From positions 171,319-235,318 of the IMG/VR virus record IMGVR_UViG_3300028864_000014: a stretch of 64,000 bases of DNA; one strand, written 5' to 3'. Below the pieces are notes generated by a model. That model saw only the letters and a list, made by a program, of their open reading frames with translations, was not told the DNA's origin and ran no database searches. This document shows positions 28,086 to 37,700 of this stretch, piece by piece (position 1 is the stretch's first letter; each line of letters opens with the position of its first letter). Made by a program: the position numbers and the translations under genes.

Positions 28086-28408
28086 ATATTAAATTTATTT
28101 GCATTTATTAAATATTCTAAATCTTCTTTTTTTTCAGAATAACCAACCATTTGAGAATGATAAAATGGTTTTATATATCCACTATCAATCTTTGTGAAAA
28201 ACTGAACTAATTCTTCTGGTACATTATCATATCTTATAACTAAGTTTTTTTTATCGTATTCTTCACCATATAAAACTCCTATTGTGCTATCAATAAATCC
28301 TTTCAAATTATATAGTATATCATTTCCACTATTCCAATTATATTCAATTACTATATAATCTCCAACTTTATATTTAGATAACCTTTCAAATTGTTTTATG
28401 TATTTCAT
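28082..28408 (-). CDS. late SH3/KOW-like protein, same family (copy 2)
   Basis: MKYIKQFE..KYKVGDYIV...NANKFNI. Confidence 0.8.
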   Translation of the reverse strand: MKYIKQFERLSKYKVGDYIVIEYNWNSGNDILYNLKGFIDSTIGVLYGEEYDKKNLVIRYDNVPEELVQFFTKIDSGYIKPFYHSQMVGYSEKKEDLEYLINANKFNI

Positions 28409-28692
28409 ATATTAAATTTGTTTGATTGTAGTAAAGGTTCTAATTCTTTTGAATTTTTTGCCCAATATATTATATTTTTTCTATTTACGAACCAAGTACC
28501 TGAAAAATCAATAACATATGAAGTAGAGTTAGCTTCATATAGTATATCAATTAATCTATGAATACCATTATTCACTAAGTCAATTGTTCCTTTTTGATAA
28601 TATGTATCATCTTCGATATCAACAATTACAAAGTCACCTTTCTCTGGCTCTCCTTCATTTATTGATTCATATATTTTAAATTTTGTAATCAT
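28405..28692 (-). CDS. late SH3/KOW-like protein, same family (copy 1)
   Basis: MITKFKIYESINEGEPEKGDFVI...QSNKFNI; TTAATATATA upstream. Confidence 0.8.
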   Translation of the reverse strand: MITKFKIYESINEGEPEKGDFVIVDIEDDTYYQKGTIDLVNNGIHRLIDILYEANSTSYVIDFSGTWFVNRKNIIYWAKNSKELEPLLQSNKFNI

Positions 28693-28726
28693 ATATTATA
28701 TATATTAATTTTTTATATTAAAAATA

Positions 28727-28757
28727 AAAAAGAGTAGATTTTAAATCTACTCTTTTT
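28727..28757 (-). terminator. terminator closing the structural operon
   Basis: AAAAAGAGTAGATTT-t-AAATCTACTCTTTTT. Confidence 0.8.
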
Positions 28758-28760
28758 ATG

Positions 28761-28967
28761 TTAATTGAATTGATATTCTATTACACTCTGTTCTGCATTA
28801 GTTAATCCAATTCCTAATATATTAATTCTTCCTCTATAAAAATTCTTAGGTGGTATAACACCATAATCTAACTTAATACTCATCGTATGTAATTTACCAA
28901 CTACTTTATTTAATGGTTGAATAACACCCATGTCTAACGATATATTCAAATTGTTTATTTTAGTCAT
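28761..28967 (-). CDS. module C peptide (ends VIEYQFN)
   Basis: 68 aa; internal repeat ISLDMGVI/IKLDYGVI. Confidence 0.75.
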   Translation of the reverse strand: MTKINNLNISLDMGVIQPLNKVVGKLHTMSIKLDYGVIPPKNFYRGRINILGIGLTNAEQSVIEYQFN

Positions 28968-28990
28968 TATTTTATTTTATTTTATTTTTA

Positions 28991-30703
28991 TTAAGCGTAA
29001 TCTTCATCAAAATGAGCATTTAGTTCAATTCTAAAAAATTTAATAGCTGGAATTTTATAATAATAATTAACAGAATCAGCAGATAAAATAACAAATTCAT
29101 TGTCTGCAGTTGTAATTGCATAATCACTATAATACGATATTTTATCACTTGTTATTTCACTAAATAACACAGGTAAATCTATTCTATCTCCTATTTTATG
29201 AAATAACATTAACACAATTCCGAAAAAAGGACAGCTAAATTTAGGAAAGCTAACAGAAGGAGTATTAATGTCGTCATAAGGTATAATTTCTTCTGATTCA
29301 AATGGAATGCTCAACACTTTACGTACTATTGTACCAGATCCTTCATTTAACAATGAATAGTTTAGAACATCAGTTCCTGTTTTGAAAAAATAATCTGGTA
29401 AATATTGAGTACCATTATATAATACTGCTGAAAATACGTCCTTAATTGTATTACACACTTTGTATAATGTATCGGCTTCTAAAGTACTTCCAGTTGTTAA
29501 TATAGTAATATCCAATAGATTTTGTTTTTTACCGAAGTAATAACCAAATGCACTACCATCATCTTCCATTGATTGACTACCTTTAAATTTAACACCGTTA
29601 GGTATAGATATTGTGGTATGACTTCTCATTCTATTCCATATTTGATCAGATGCTGTATTAAAATCAAAAGTATTATCAACATTACCTCTGAGTAAAGTAG
29701 CTGCATTAACTACATCATCAGAACCATCAGAATTAACATTAATTTGAACATCTAAATCTGTAGGTAATATAGGATTAGCAGGACCAAAACATCCTACATA
29801 TCCACCTAAGTCAGATGCATATAACGCTTCATTATTCGACTGCGGATTTAAAGAATAATCTAATATACTACCATCAGTATTATACATATTGAAAATGTTG
29901 CCTGATGTTCCGCCATTTCTTGATTCTTTTATAATTCTACAAGTTTCATTTCCAAAAGAATCTATCATAAAAAGAGAATCTAAGTTTTGCTGGCTCATTC
30001 CAGATTCTAAATATAGATTTCTAATTATCTGTATATTTGTTTTTGAATCATTAGTCCATTCAGGCTGTATTAATGGAATATTATTATATTTAAATATACA
30101 AGTTGATGGGAATACAACATATTTATTTGTTCCATTACTTGTATTAATCCAATTATATTCAGATACTTGAATACAATTTTTTATTGTACAACTACCTATT
30201 TCGTTTCCTAAAAAAGTAGATTGTAATATATTCCTGTCTCTTCTACCATCATTAGAAGAACCACGAGCGATATTCTCAACTAATAAATAACTAAAATTAT
30301 TTAATGATGAAACATTATATGATTTTATTATTGAATGAGACCAAGCTCTACTATTAACTGATCCACTCACGGAATCTACTGTCATATTATTGCAAAATGG
30401 TCCTTCATATATAACTGGATTATAATTTAAGAATAATAATTGTTGATTAATATCATCTCCAATTAAATTTTTATTATTTAATTGAAAATATTCATTTATT
30501 ACACCTCTAAAAATTATATATGTTACTCCAATTTTTTGATTAGCCTTAAATATAGATTTATATGGATATTCACGAGTACCATCTCCTGAAAAATCATCTC
30601 CAATATAAGTATGTACAAATACAGTATTTATATTAGTTATTTGTGTGACTGAATCTGTACCATCATCATTTGGAACGAAACGTGTTTTAAATAAATTTGT
30701 CAT
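28991..30703 (-). CDS. module B beta-helix-type virion protein
   Basis: GDDFSGDGTREYPYKSIFKA cap; GGYVGCF, NVNSDGSDD, EIIPYD, RIELN shared with two paralogs. Confidence 0.75.
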   Translation of the reverse strand: MTNLFKTRFVPNDDGTDSVTQITNINTVFVHTYIGDDFSGDGTREYPYKSIFKANQKIGVTYIIFRGVINEYFQLNNKNLIGDDINQQLLFLNYNPVIYEGPFCNNMTVDSVSGSVNSRAWSHSIIKSYNVSSLNNFSYLLVENIARGSSNDGRRDRNILQSTFLGNEIGSCTIKNCIQVSEYNWINTSNGTNKYVVFPSTCIFKYNNIPLIQPEWTNDSKTNIQIIRNLYLESGMSQQNLDSLFMIDSFGNETCRIIKESRNGGTSGNIFNMYNTDGSILDYSLNPQSNNEALYASDLGGYVGCFGPANPILPTDLDVQINVNSDGSDDVVNAATLLRGNVDNTFDFNTASDQIWNRMRSHTTISIPNGVKFKGSQSMEDDGSAFGYYFGKKQNLLDITILTTGSTLEADTLYKVCNTIKDVFSAVLYNGTQYLPDYFFKTGTDVLNYSLLNEGSGTIVRKVLSIPFESEEIIPYDDINTPSVSFPKFSCPFFGIVLMLFHKIGDRIDLPVLFSEITSDKISYYSDYAITTADNEFVILSADSVNYYYKIPAIKFFRIELNAHFDEDYA

Positions 30704-30705
30704 AA

Positions 30706-30972
30706 TTAATTAATTTTTATTTTTATTTGTAAATCTGAGCAAGCCCAACTACTTTGATCACTATAAATATATTGAGGATAAATTGTTATTGTAAATTTAT
30801 CAAATATAACGGTATAAGAAATTGGTCTATTAAATATATCTAAAGAATCTGGAATTAGTTTATCATTAATTAAAATATTAACATTCTTATTATACCATTC
30901 TTTAAATTCTGAACTTTGCATAGATAGTAGTTTGGTTTCATCAAACTCTGTTGTGCCTGTTATTTGTATCAT
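30706..30972 (-). CDS. module A small protein (MIQITxTxEFDE)
   Basis: paralog of 34482-34748. Confidence 0.75.
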   Translation of the reverse strand: MIQITGTTEFDETKLLSMQSSEFKEWYNKNVNILINDKLIPDSLDIFNRPISYTVIFDKFTITIYPQYIYSDQSSWACSDLQIKIKIN

Positions 30973-30989
30973 TTTTTTTTATATTTTTT

Positions 30990-31211
30990 TTAATTAAATT
31001 GATATTCTATTATACTTGGTGGAGCCACATCACAACTAGGTCCAAATGTACTAAGAGTACAAATAATAGGTTTATCTACACTTATACCTAAAAACATCAT
31101 TTCAGGTTTATGTATAATACTAGTTGATAATCCTAAAAAACCCAATTCATGATCATGTGCAGCATTAGTTGATAATCCTAAAAAATTCAATGAAAGGTTA
31201 TTATTCCGCAT
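30990..31211 (-). CDS. module C peptide (ends IIEYQFN)
   Basis: 73 aa; 15-aa repeats FLGLST/FLGLST/FLGISV/FGPSC. Confidence 0.75.
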   Translation of the reverse strand: MRNNNLSLNFLGLSTNAAHDHELGFLGLSTSIIHKPEMMFLGISVDKPIICTLSTFGPSCDVAPPSIIEYQFN

Positions 31212-32712
31212 AATTTAAATTTAATTCTATTTTAATATAAACTATAACTTGGGGTCTTAATGTAACTCCTGTTATAAAATTTAAATCAAATGATTCATTA
31301 TCAGCATTTGTTACTGCCCAATTTCCATATTCAGTTAAATTTATATCTGAAATTACACCTAATTCAGACAATTCATTAAATAGAACAGGAACATTCGCAT
31401 CTATGTGATACCAAATTTGACAGATATCATTAAATGGTGTTGAATATCTTGGATAAGAACTAATTTGTGTTAAAGAATCATAAGGTATAATTTCAACACT
31501 TTCACAAGGAACTGATGATGTTGTAAATGTTCTATTCTTTCCAAAATAAAATCTATCTATTAACCCACTTTTTAGTTGAGCTTGACCACCTCCAGGTTTC
31601 ATACCTCTTGCATATGATAATACGTTACTTCTTGTTCTATTTCTAGTTTGAATAGAATCTTGTGAAGCGTAGAATCCAACTTTTCCGTTGCTAATCAATA
31701 AATCTGGTGTTGTTACTAAATCGTCACTACCATCTGAATTAACATTGTTTATATCACCAAACACTAATGGATTACTACTAAACTCACCAGATATATTAGG
31801 TTTGTAACAACCAACATACTGATGATCAAGTAATGTAGGATTAGCCATATAAAGAGCAATATTATTTCCATTAACATTAAGAGTATAATCAGATATAGAT
31901 CCATCAACATTATACCTATTAAATATTGGATATATAGAATCATCTACAATCTTATTAGTTTGTCCTATAGATATATCTGAATAAAATGATGTGTCTATTA
32001 ATAACCTCATATAAGTTTGAGATGTGCCAGATAATGTATTAGTAGCATAATTAGTTAATGATGATAACAACTCAGGTATTGAATTTATATTATCAGTATC
32101 TGGAATTATTTCTCCATTCCATTTCCAAACAGTTGTTTTTCTAAATAAACAATATTTGAATATTGGATAACAACTTAATGCTACTCTTGGAAATAAATCA
32201 ATCATTGATACATATATATTAGAATCCTGTATCATACCAGTTGAATCTGTCCAATTATCAAAATTTAAAAATGTTGTATTAGAATCACCATTAGAATAAG
32301 ATGCAGCTCGTGATGATGATTCTACAAAATTAAAACTATTTTGTCCATATGAACCTAATCCTTTTCTAGTAACGAAACAATTTTTTACTTCTCCATAATT
32401 GCCTGTAACTTCTAATACTCTAAGATTATATAAATTTGCGGTATAACTTCCATTACATATTCCATTAATATCAGCAGATACATTATCACCTATTATATCA
32501 ACATATGATGATATATTTTCTATTGTAGGACCGCTTAAAACAATTGATGATGCTGTACCCATAGCGGATATAGCCTTGGTTAAAGTGGCATATGGCAACT
32601 CTCTTGTTCCTGGATTAGTGTTTAATCCAACTATTGTACTAACAAATTTAGTGTTTGTATTTGTTAGTACAATGTTACTTTTTGGATGATAGTATATTCT
32701 AAATATTCCCAT
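31201..32712 (-). CDS. module B beta-helix-type virion protein
   Basis: NPGTRELPYATLTKA; EYGNWAVTNAD; IKIELNLNY. Confidence 0.75.
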   Translation of the reverse strand: MGIFRIYYHPKSNIVLTNTNTKFVSTIVGLNTNPGTRELPYATLTKAISAMGTASSIVLSGPTIENISSYVDIIGDNVSADINGICNGSYTANLYNLRVLEVTGNYGEVKNCFVTRKGLGSYGQNSFNFVESSSRAASYSNGDSNTTFLNFDNWTDSTGMIQDSNIYVSMIDLFPRVALSCYPIFKYCLFRKTTVWKWNGEIIPDTDNINSIPELLSSLTNYATNTLSGTSQTYMRLLIDTSFYSDISIGQTNKIVDDSIYPIFNRYNVDGSISDYTLNVNGNNIALYMANPTLLDHQYVGCYKPNISGEFSSNPLVFGDINNVNSDGSDDLVTTPDLLISNGKVGFYASQDSIQTRNRTRSNVLSYARGMKPGGGQAQLKSGLIDRFYFGKNRTFTTSSVPCESVEIIPYDSLTQISSYPRYSTPFNDICQIWYHIDANVPVLFNELSELGVISDINLTEYGNWAVTNADNESFDLNFITGVTLRPQVIVYIKIELNLNYAE

Positions 32713-32735
32713 AAATTATATATTTTTTATTATTT

Positions 32736-32918
32736 TTAATTAAATTGATATTCTATTATACTTGGTAATGCAGGATCTGTACTTATACCAAAAAATGTTA
32801 TATCACCTGGTACTAATGTTTCAACTGTTATGTTGATAAGTGATATTTCTGCAGGCATACCGCTAACAAATTGAGTGCAAGAAATAAAATCTATTGATAT
32901 GTTATTAATACGTTCCAT
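32736..32918 (-). CDS. module C peptide (ends IIEYQFN)
   Basis: 60 aa; FFGIST..PSIIEYQFN. Confidence 0.75.
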   Translation of the reverse strand: MERINNISIDFISCTQFVSGMPAEISLINITVETLVPGDITFFGISTDPALPSIIEYQFN

Positions 32919-34495
32919 TATAAATAATAATTAAGATTTATTTCTACTTTAGCATAATAGATTTTTATGTTATTTAGTTTTATACCAGGTAATGAGCTTA
33001 ATAAAAAACTTTCATAATCAGCATTTGTAACAGCCCAATTTCCGTACTCAGTTAAATTTTTATCAGTCACTATTCCAAATGATAAAAGATCATTAAATAA
33101 AATAGGTAAATTTGTTGTTGAGTTATACCACATTTGACACACACCATTAAACATAACTGAAAATCTCGGAAATGATGAAGGTTCTGTCATACTGTCATAT
33201 GGAATAATCTCTAATGATTCTTGAGGTAAAGATGGAGAATCTGTCACATTATATGCTTGAAATTTACCAAAAGAGAATCTACTTTCTAATCCAGATTTAA
33301 CTTGTCCTTGCATTCCAGCTAAAGAAAAACCACGTTTAAAAGTAAATACATTAGAACGAATTCTATTTCTTATCTGAACTGAATCAGCGGAACTAACAGT
33401 AAAATTACTATTGCCATTAAAAACTAGCATATCAGGAATTGTAACTAAGTCGTCAGAACCATCAGAATTCACATTTAATACATTGTTAAATGTTATCACA
33501 TCAGCATTTGCTTTGTAACATCCAACATAGTTTTTTTGATCGCTCATAGTTAAAGCAATGTTTTCAGAATTCAAAAACAAAGAATAATCAATAGGATTGT
33601 CATTTGTGTATCTATTAAATATTTTTTTGCTTCCTTCAATAGATGGTCTATCCTCAACTACCTTACATGTTTGTCCATTAATATCTATGTAAAATAAAGG
33701 AGACGTAATTTCATTTGGAAACATAGTCTGACAGTATGCTTTTTCCGTTGCATCTACAATGGTATTAGAAAAAATATACCATGCTGAAATTACATCTGTC
33801 ATATAATCATTCAATATATTACCATAAGTACCATAGTTAATAGGAACTATAATACCTTTCCATTTCCAAATTATTGTTTTTCTAAATAAACAATATTTGA
33901 AAATTTGAAAATTTGATATATTTGATACTGATGTATAATTATATAAATCTACTTCAATAACAAATATGAAATTTAATAAATTGACACCTGATATTTTACA
34001 ATAATTTTTAAAATTTAATACTGTATTATTTTTAATATTCAATCCATTACTTATTCCATTATTTGAACCTCCTTCTACTAAGCTATTGTAATTGTTAATA
34101 AAGTTACTCTCAACTATTGATGAACTCATTAACATTGTGTTTATACTTGAATTTATTATACCTCCAAGTCCAGTGAATTGTAATATTTTTATACCATAAA
34201 AAATGCTTGATCCATAATAATTACATGTCCAACTACCATTTAAATATGCATCTTCTCCATCTCCTATTAAATATCCATGAAAAAATGATGCTGGATTTTC
34301 AATAGTTTCTCCTCTATATAATATATTACGAGCATTATCATCATATAATGATGTAAATTTTGTCAATGTCGCAATTGGAAATTCTCTTGTTCCTGGATTA
34401 TTGTTGTTGCCAGTTATTGAACATACAAATGTGGTGTTTGCATCAGTGAGAACAGTATTTGTAACTGGATTATAGTATCTTTTAAATATTCCCAT
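32918..34495 (-). CDS. module B beta-helix-type virion protein
   Basis: NPGTREFPIATLTK; EYGNWAVTNAD; AKVEINLNY. Confidence 0.75.
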   Translation of the reverse strand: MGIFKRYYNPVTNTVLTDANTTFVCSITGNNNNPGTREFPIATLTKFTSLYDDNARNILYRGETIENPASFFHGYLIGDGEDAYLNGSWTCNYYGSSIFYGIKILQFTGLGGIINSSINTMLMSSSIVESNFINNYNSLVEGGSNNGISNGLNIKNNTVLNFKNYCKISGVNLLNFIFVIEVDLYNYTSVSNISNFQIFKYCLFRKTIIWKWKGIIVPINYGTYGNILNDYMTDVISAWYIFSNTIVDATEKAYCQTMFPNEITSPLFYIDINGQTCKVVEDRPSIEGSKKIFNRYTNDNPIDYSLFLNSENIALTMSDQKNYVGCYKANADVITFNNVLNVNSDGSDDLVTIPDMLVFNGNSNFTVSSADSVQIRNRIRSNVFTFKRGFSLAGMQGQVKSGLESRFSFGKFQAYNVTDSPSLPQESLEIIPYDSMTEPSSFPRFSVMFNGVCQMWYNSTTNLPILFNDLLSFGIVTDKNLTEYGNWAVTNADYESFLLSSLPGIKLNNIKIYYAKVEINLNYYL

Positions 34496-34748
34496 AAACT
34501 AGATATTTTTTAAAATTAAAATCTTGATTTCCAACAATTGGATAATATTCAGCCTCTACTGTTATATTACCAAATATCCAAGTCGATGGTCTTCCAAATT
34601 TATCAAATGTTGAACAAGTTTTTGATTCATCATTCTTAAAATTTATTTTACTTAAGCATTCAGTTTGAAACCATATCGTAAATCCAGATGATTGAAATTC
34701 TAAATCTTTAGATTCATCAAACTCTATTGTGTCTGTTATTTGTATCAT
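34482..34748 (-). CDS. module A small protein (MIQITxTxEFDE)
   Basis: paralog of 30706-30972. Confidence 0.75.
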   Translation of the reverse strand: MIQITDTIEFDESKDLEFQSSGFTIWFQTECLSKINFKNDESKTCSTFDKFGRPSTWIFGNITVEAEYYPIVGNQDFNFKKYLVYGNI

Positions 34749-34762
34749 ATTTTATTTGTTTT

Positions 34763-37700
34763 TTAGAAAATTATAATCGCATTAGCATTGTCATATCCAG
34801 TTTGTATTGCAATATCTAAAATAACTAAGTCAGTTAAAGCAGGTAAAGTTACTCCAACTAATGTTATTTCATCGTAAGTAATATCACTAATTGAAACAGT
34901 TACTCCTGAACAGTTAGTTGTTAATAATACTCTTGATATTGTTTTATCTGTTATCCATTGAAATCTTTGAGGACTTGGTGTGCTATTTGCTCCAATTTTA
35001 CTTAAAGATAAACTTTGAGGTATAATTGATGAATCAACAGTAATTCCATTTCCGTCAATACAAAGATGAATTTCACCACCATTAATAGGAGTAGGGTAAG
35101 AACCATCATTTTTCTTACAATAATATAATTTTCCTCCTGATATTTCAACAAACTGTCCTACACAATTATTATAAGTACCTCCATTTATCGTAGTAAATGA
35201 AGAAGATAATCCTTCACAATTAGTAAAAGTACCAGAGCAAATTCCATTAAAACTACCGTTATTCCCTTTACAATTTAAAAATGTACCAGTTAAATTATTT
35301 ACTTGAAAAATTAATACAGAATTTACATCTGTAAATGTTCCAGATAATGTATCAATTGAACTTGAAAATAATGGCAAATTATTAGAACTGAATATGTTTT
35401 TGAAAATACCTGAGCAATTAAAAATACCTGAAAACCCAGATCCCATTGTAATATTTATATTCTTAAATGTTCCAGATGCAGTAACATCACCATTAGTAGT
35501 ATCAGCTTGAATTTGTCCAGAGCAATTTTCAATATATAATTCTGGAAAATTTCCTGTTAGTTTTAAGCCACCGTCAATAAAGTTAATACCATTTATTTTT
35601 ATTTTATTATTAGTAATTATAACACCAGAACCACCAATATTTACATCGATATTTCCAGTAGATGAAACTAAATTTATATTTTGAGTATCTAAATTAAGAC
35701 TATCAGTTAGAAAACTATAATATCCAGGATATATAATAATATTAACTGGACTATCTGGTGCTGGTACTATAGCTTTCGCTATATTATACACATTTTGCAA
35801 TTCATTTCCATTTATTCCAGGATTACTATTTCCACCTTTTACTGTTAAAAATTGAGTTCCTATTGTTGGAGCAAAATCACCTCCCCCAATTATTTTTCCA
35901 TAACCGTCAATACATAATATAATTGTACCTCCACTTGAAGGTATTTCAAATGTACCTGGAGTAGTCAATCTACAATTATATAAACTTCCTGTTAATGCTC
36001 CACCTCGTGTAGAGTCACCAAAAGATTTACTTTTTGCTGTACAATTTATAAATGTTCCAGATGCAATACCATCAATTCCAAATGAAGTATTTCCAGCAGT
36101 ACAATTTATAAATGTTCCAGATACATTTGCTCCAACTTCATTTGTTCCAAATGAGAAATCTCCAGAATTACAATTAATAAATGTACCAGATAAAGATGTT
36201 GAAGAAAATCCAGTTTCAGCAGTACAATTTATAAATCTTCCAGATAAATCTCCATTCTCTCCATTAAACAACGCACCGTCTGATGTTATATTTTCAAAAT
36301 GACCAGGAAAGTCAGAAACACCTGATCCAAATGTGTTATTTGTTAATTTTAAATTTTTAAATGTTCCAGATAAAATAGTACTATTATCAATTGTGCTACC
36401 TTTAATTTGTCCTGAACAATTTTCAATCCTTAATCCAGGAAAATTTCCTCTTATTTCTAATCCCATACCTGTAAAATTTATACCAATTAATTTAATATTA
36501 TCTGTGATAATTAATATACCACTATAACCAATTTCAATATCTAATTCCCCTGTTGAAGAAATTAAATTTATATAAGGAGTATCTAAACTAATTAATGATG
36601 TCATTCCATAATAACCAGGATAAATAATTATATTAATTGGACTAATTATTGTTGGATTTAAAGCCTTAGCTATATTATAAACATTCTGTAACTCAGCTCC
36701 ATTTGTTCCAGGATCACTACTGATTCCTTTAACTGTTAAATATTGATTTCCATCTGATGGAGCAAAATCTCCTGCTCCTATTACTGCTCCATAACCGTCA
36801 ATACATAACAGAATAGTACCTCCACTTGAAGGAAGTCCAAATGTACCTGGCGTAGTCAATCTACAATTATATAAACTACCTGTTAATGTTCCACCTTGTT
36901 TAGAATCACCAAAAGATCCAGTATTACCTTTTGCTGTACAATTCACAAATGTTCCAGATGTCATACAATGAGCACCAAATGAAGAATTTCCAGCATTACA
37001 ATTAATAAATGTACCAGACACTTCTATTCCACTATTACCAAATGAATTATCACCAGAATTGCAATTAATAAAAGTAGTTCCAGATGATATAATACAACCT
37101 CCTCCTCCTCCAAATCCAGCATCATCACATGTACAATTTTCAAATGTCGCACCAGATGATATGACAGCTCCTCCTACACCAAATCCGTTTGCAGCATTAC
37201 AATTTTTGAATATACCAGATATAATTTTAGTATCATAAAATAAATTTCCACCTTTATGATATATATTTTCAAAATATCCAGATGCTTCTTGTATATAACC
37301 AAATCCATTACCATTAACTAAATTTATATCTTTAAAAGTTCCAGATAAATTAGTATCTGGATACGTTAAAATATTACCCCCATCTATCATTCCTGAACAA
37401 TTTTCAATCCATAACCCTGGAAAATTTCCAGTGAGTTTTAATCCACTACCTCCAAAAAATATACCTGTCAATTTAATATTATCTGAAATAACAATAGCGC
37501 CAGCAAATTCAATTTTAACATCTAATTCTCCTGTTGCTGATATTAAATTTATATAAGGAGTATCTAAACTAAGTCCATTAGACATTCCGTAATATCCAGG
37601 ATATATAATTATGTTTATAGGATTATTTGAACTCGGATTTATAGATTTTGCTAAATCATATACAGTTTGTAATTCCTCTCCATTTATTCCAGAATCAACA

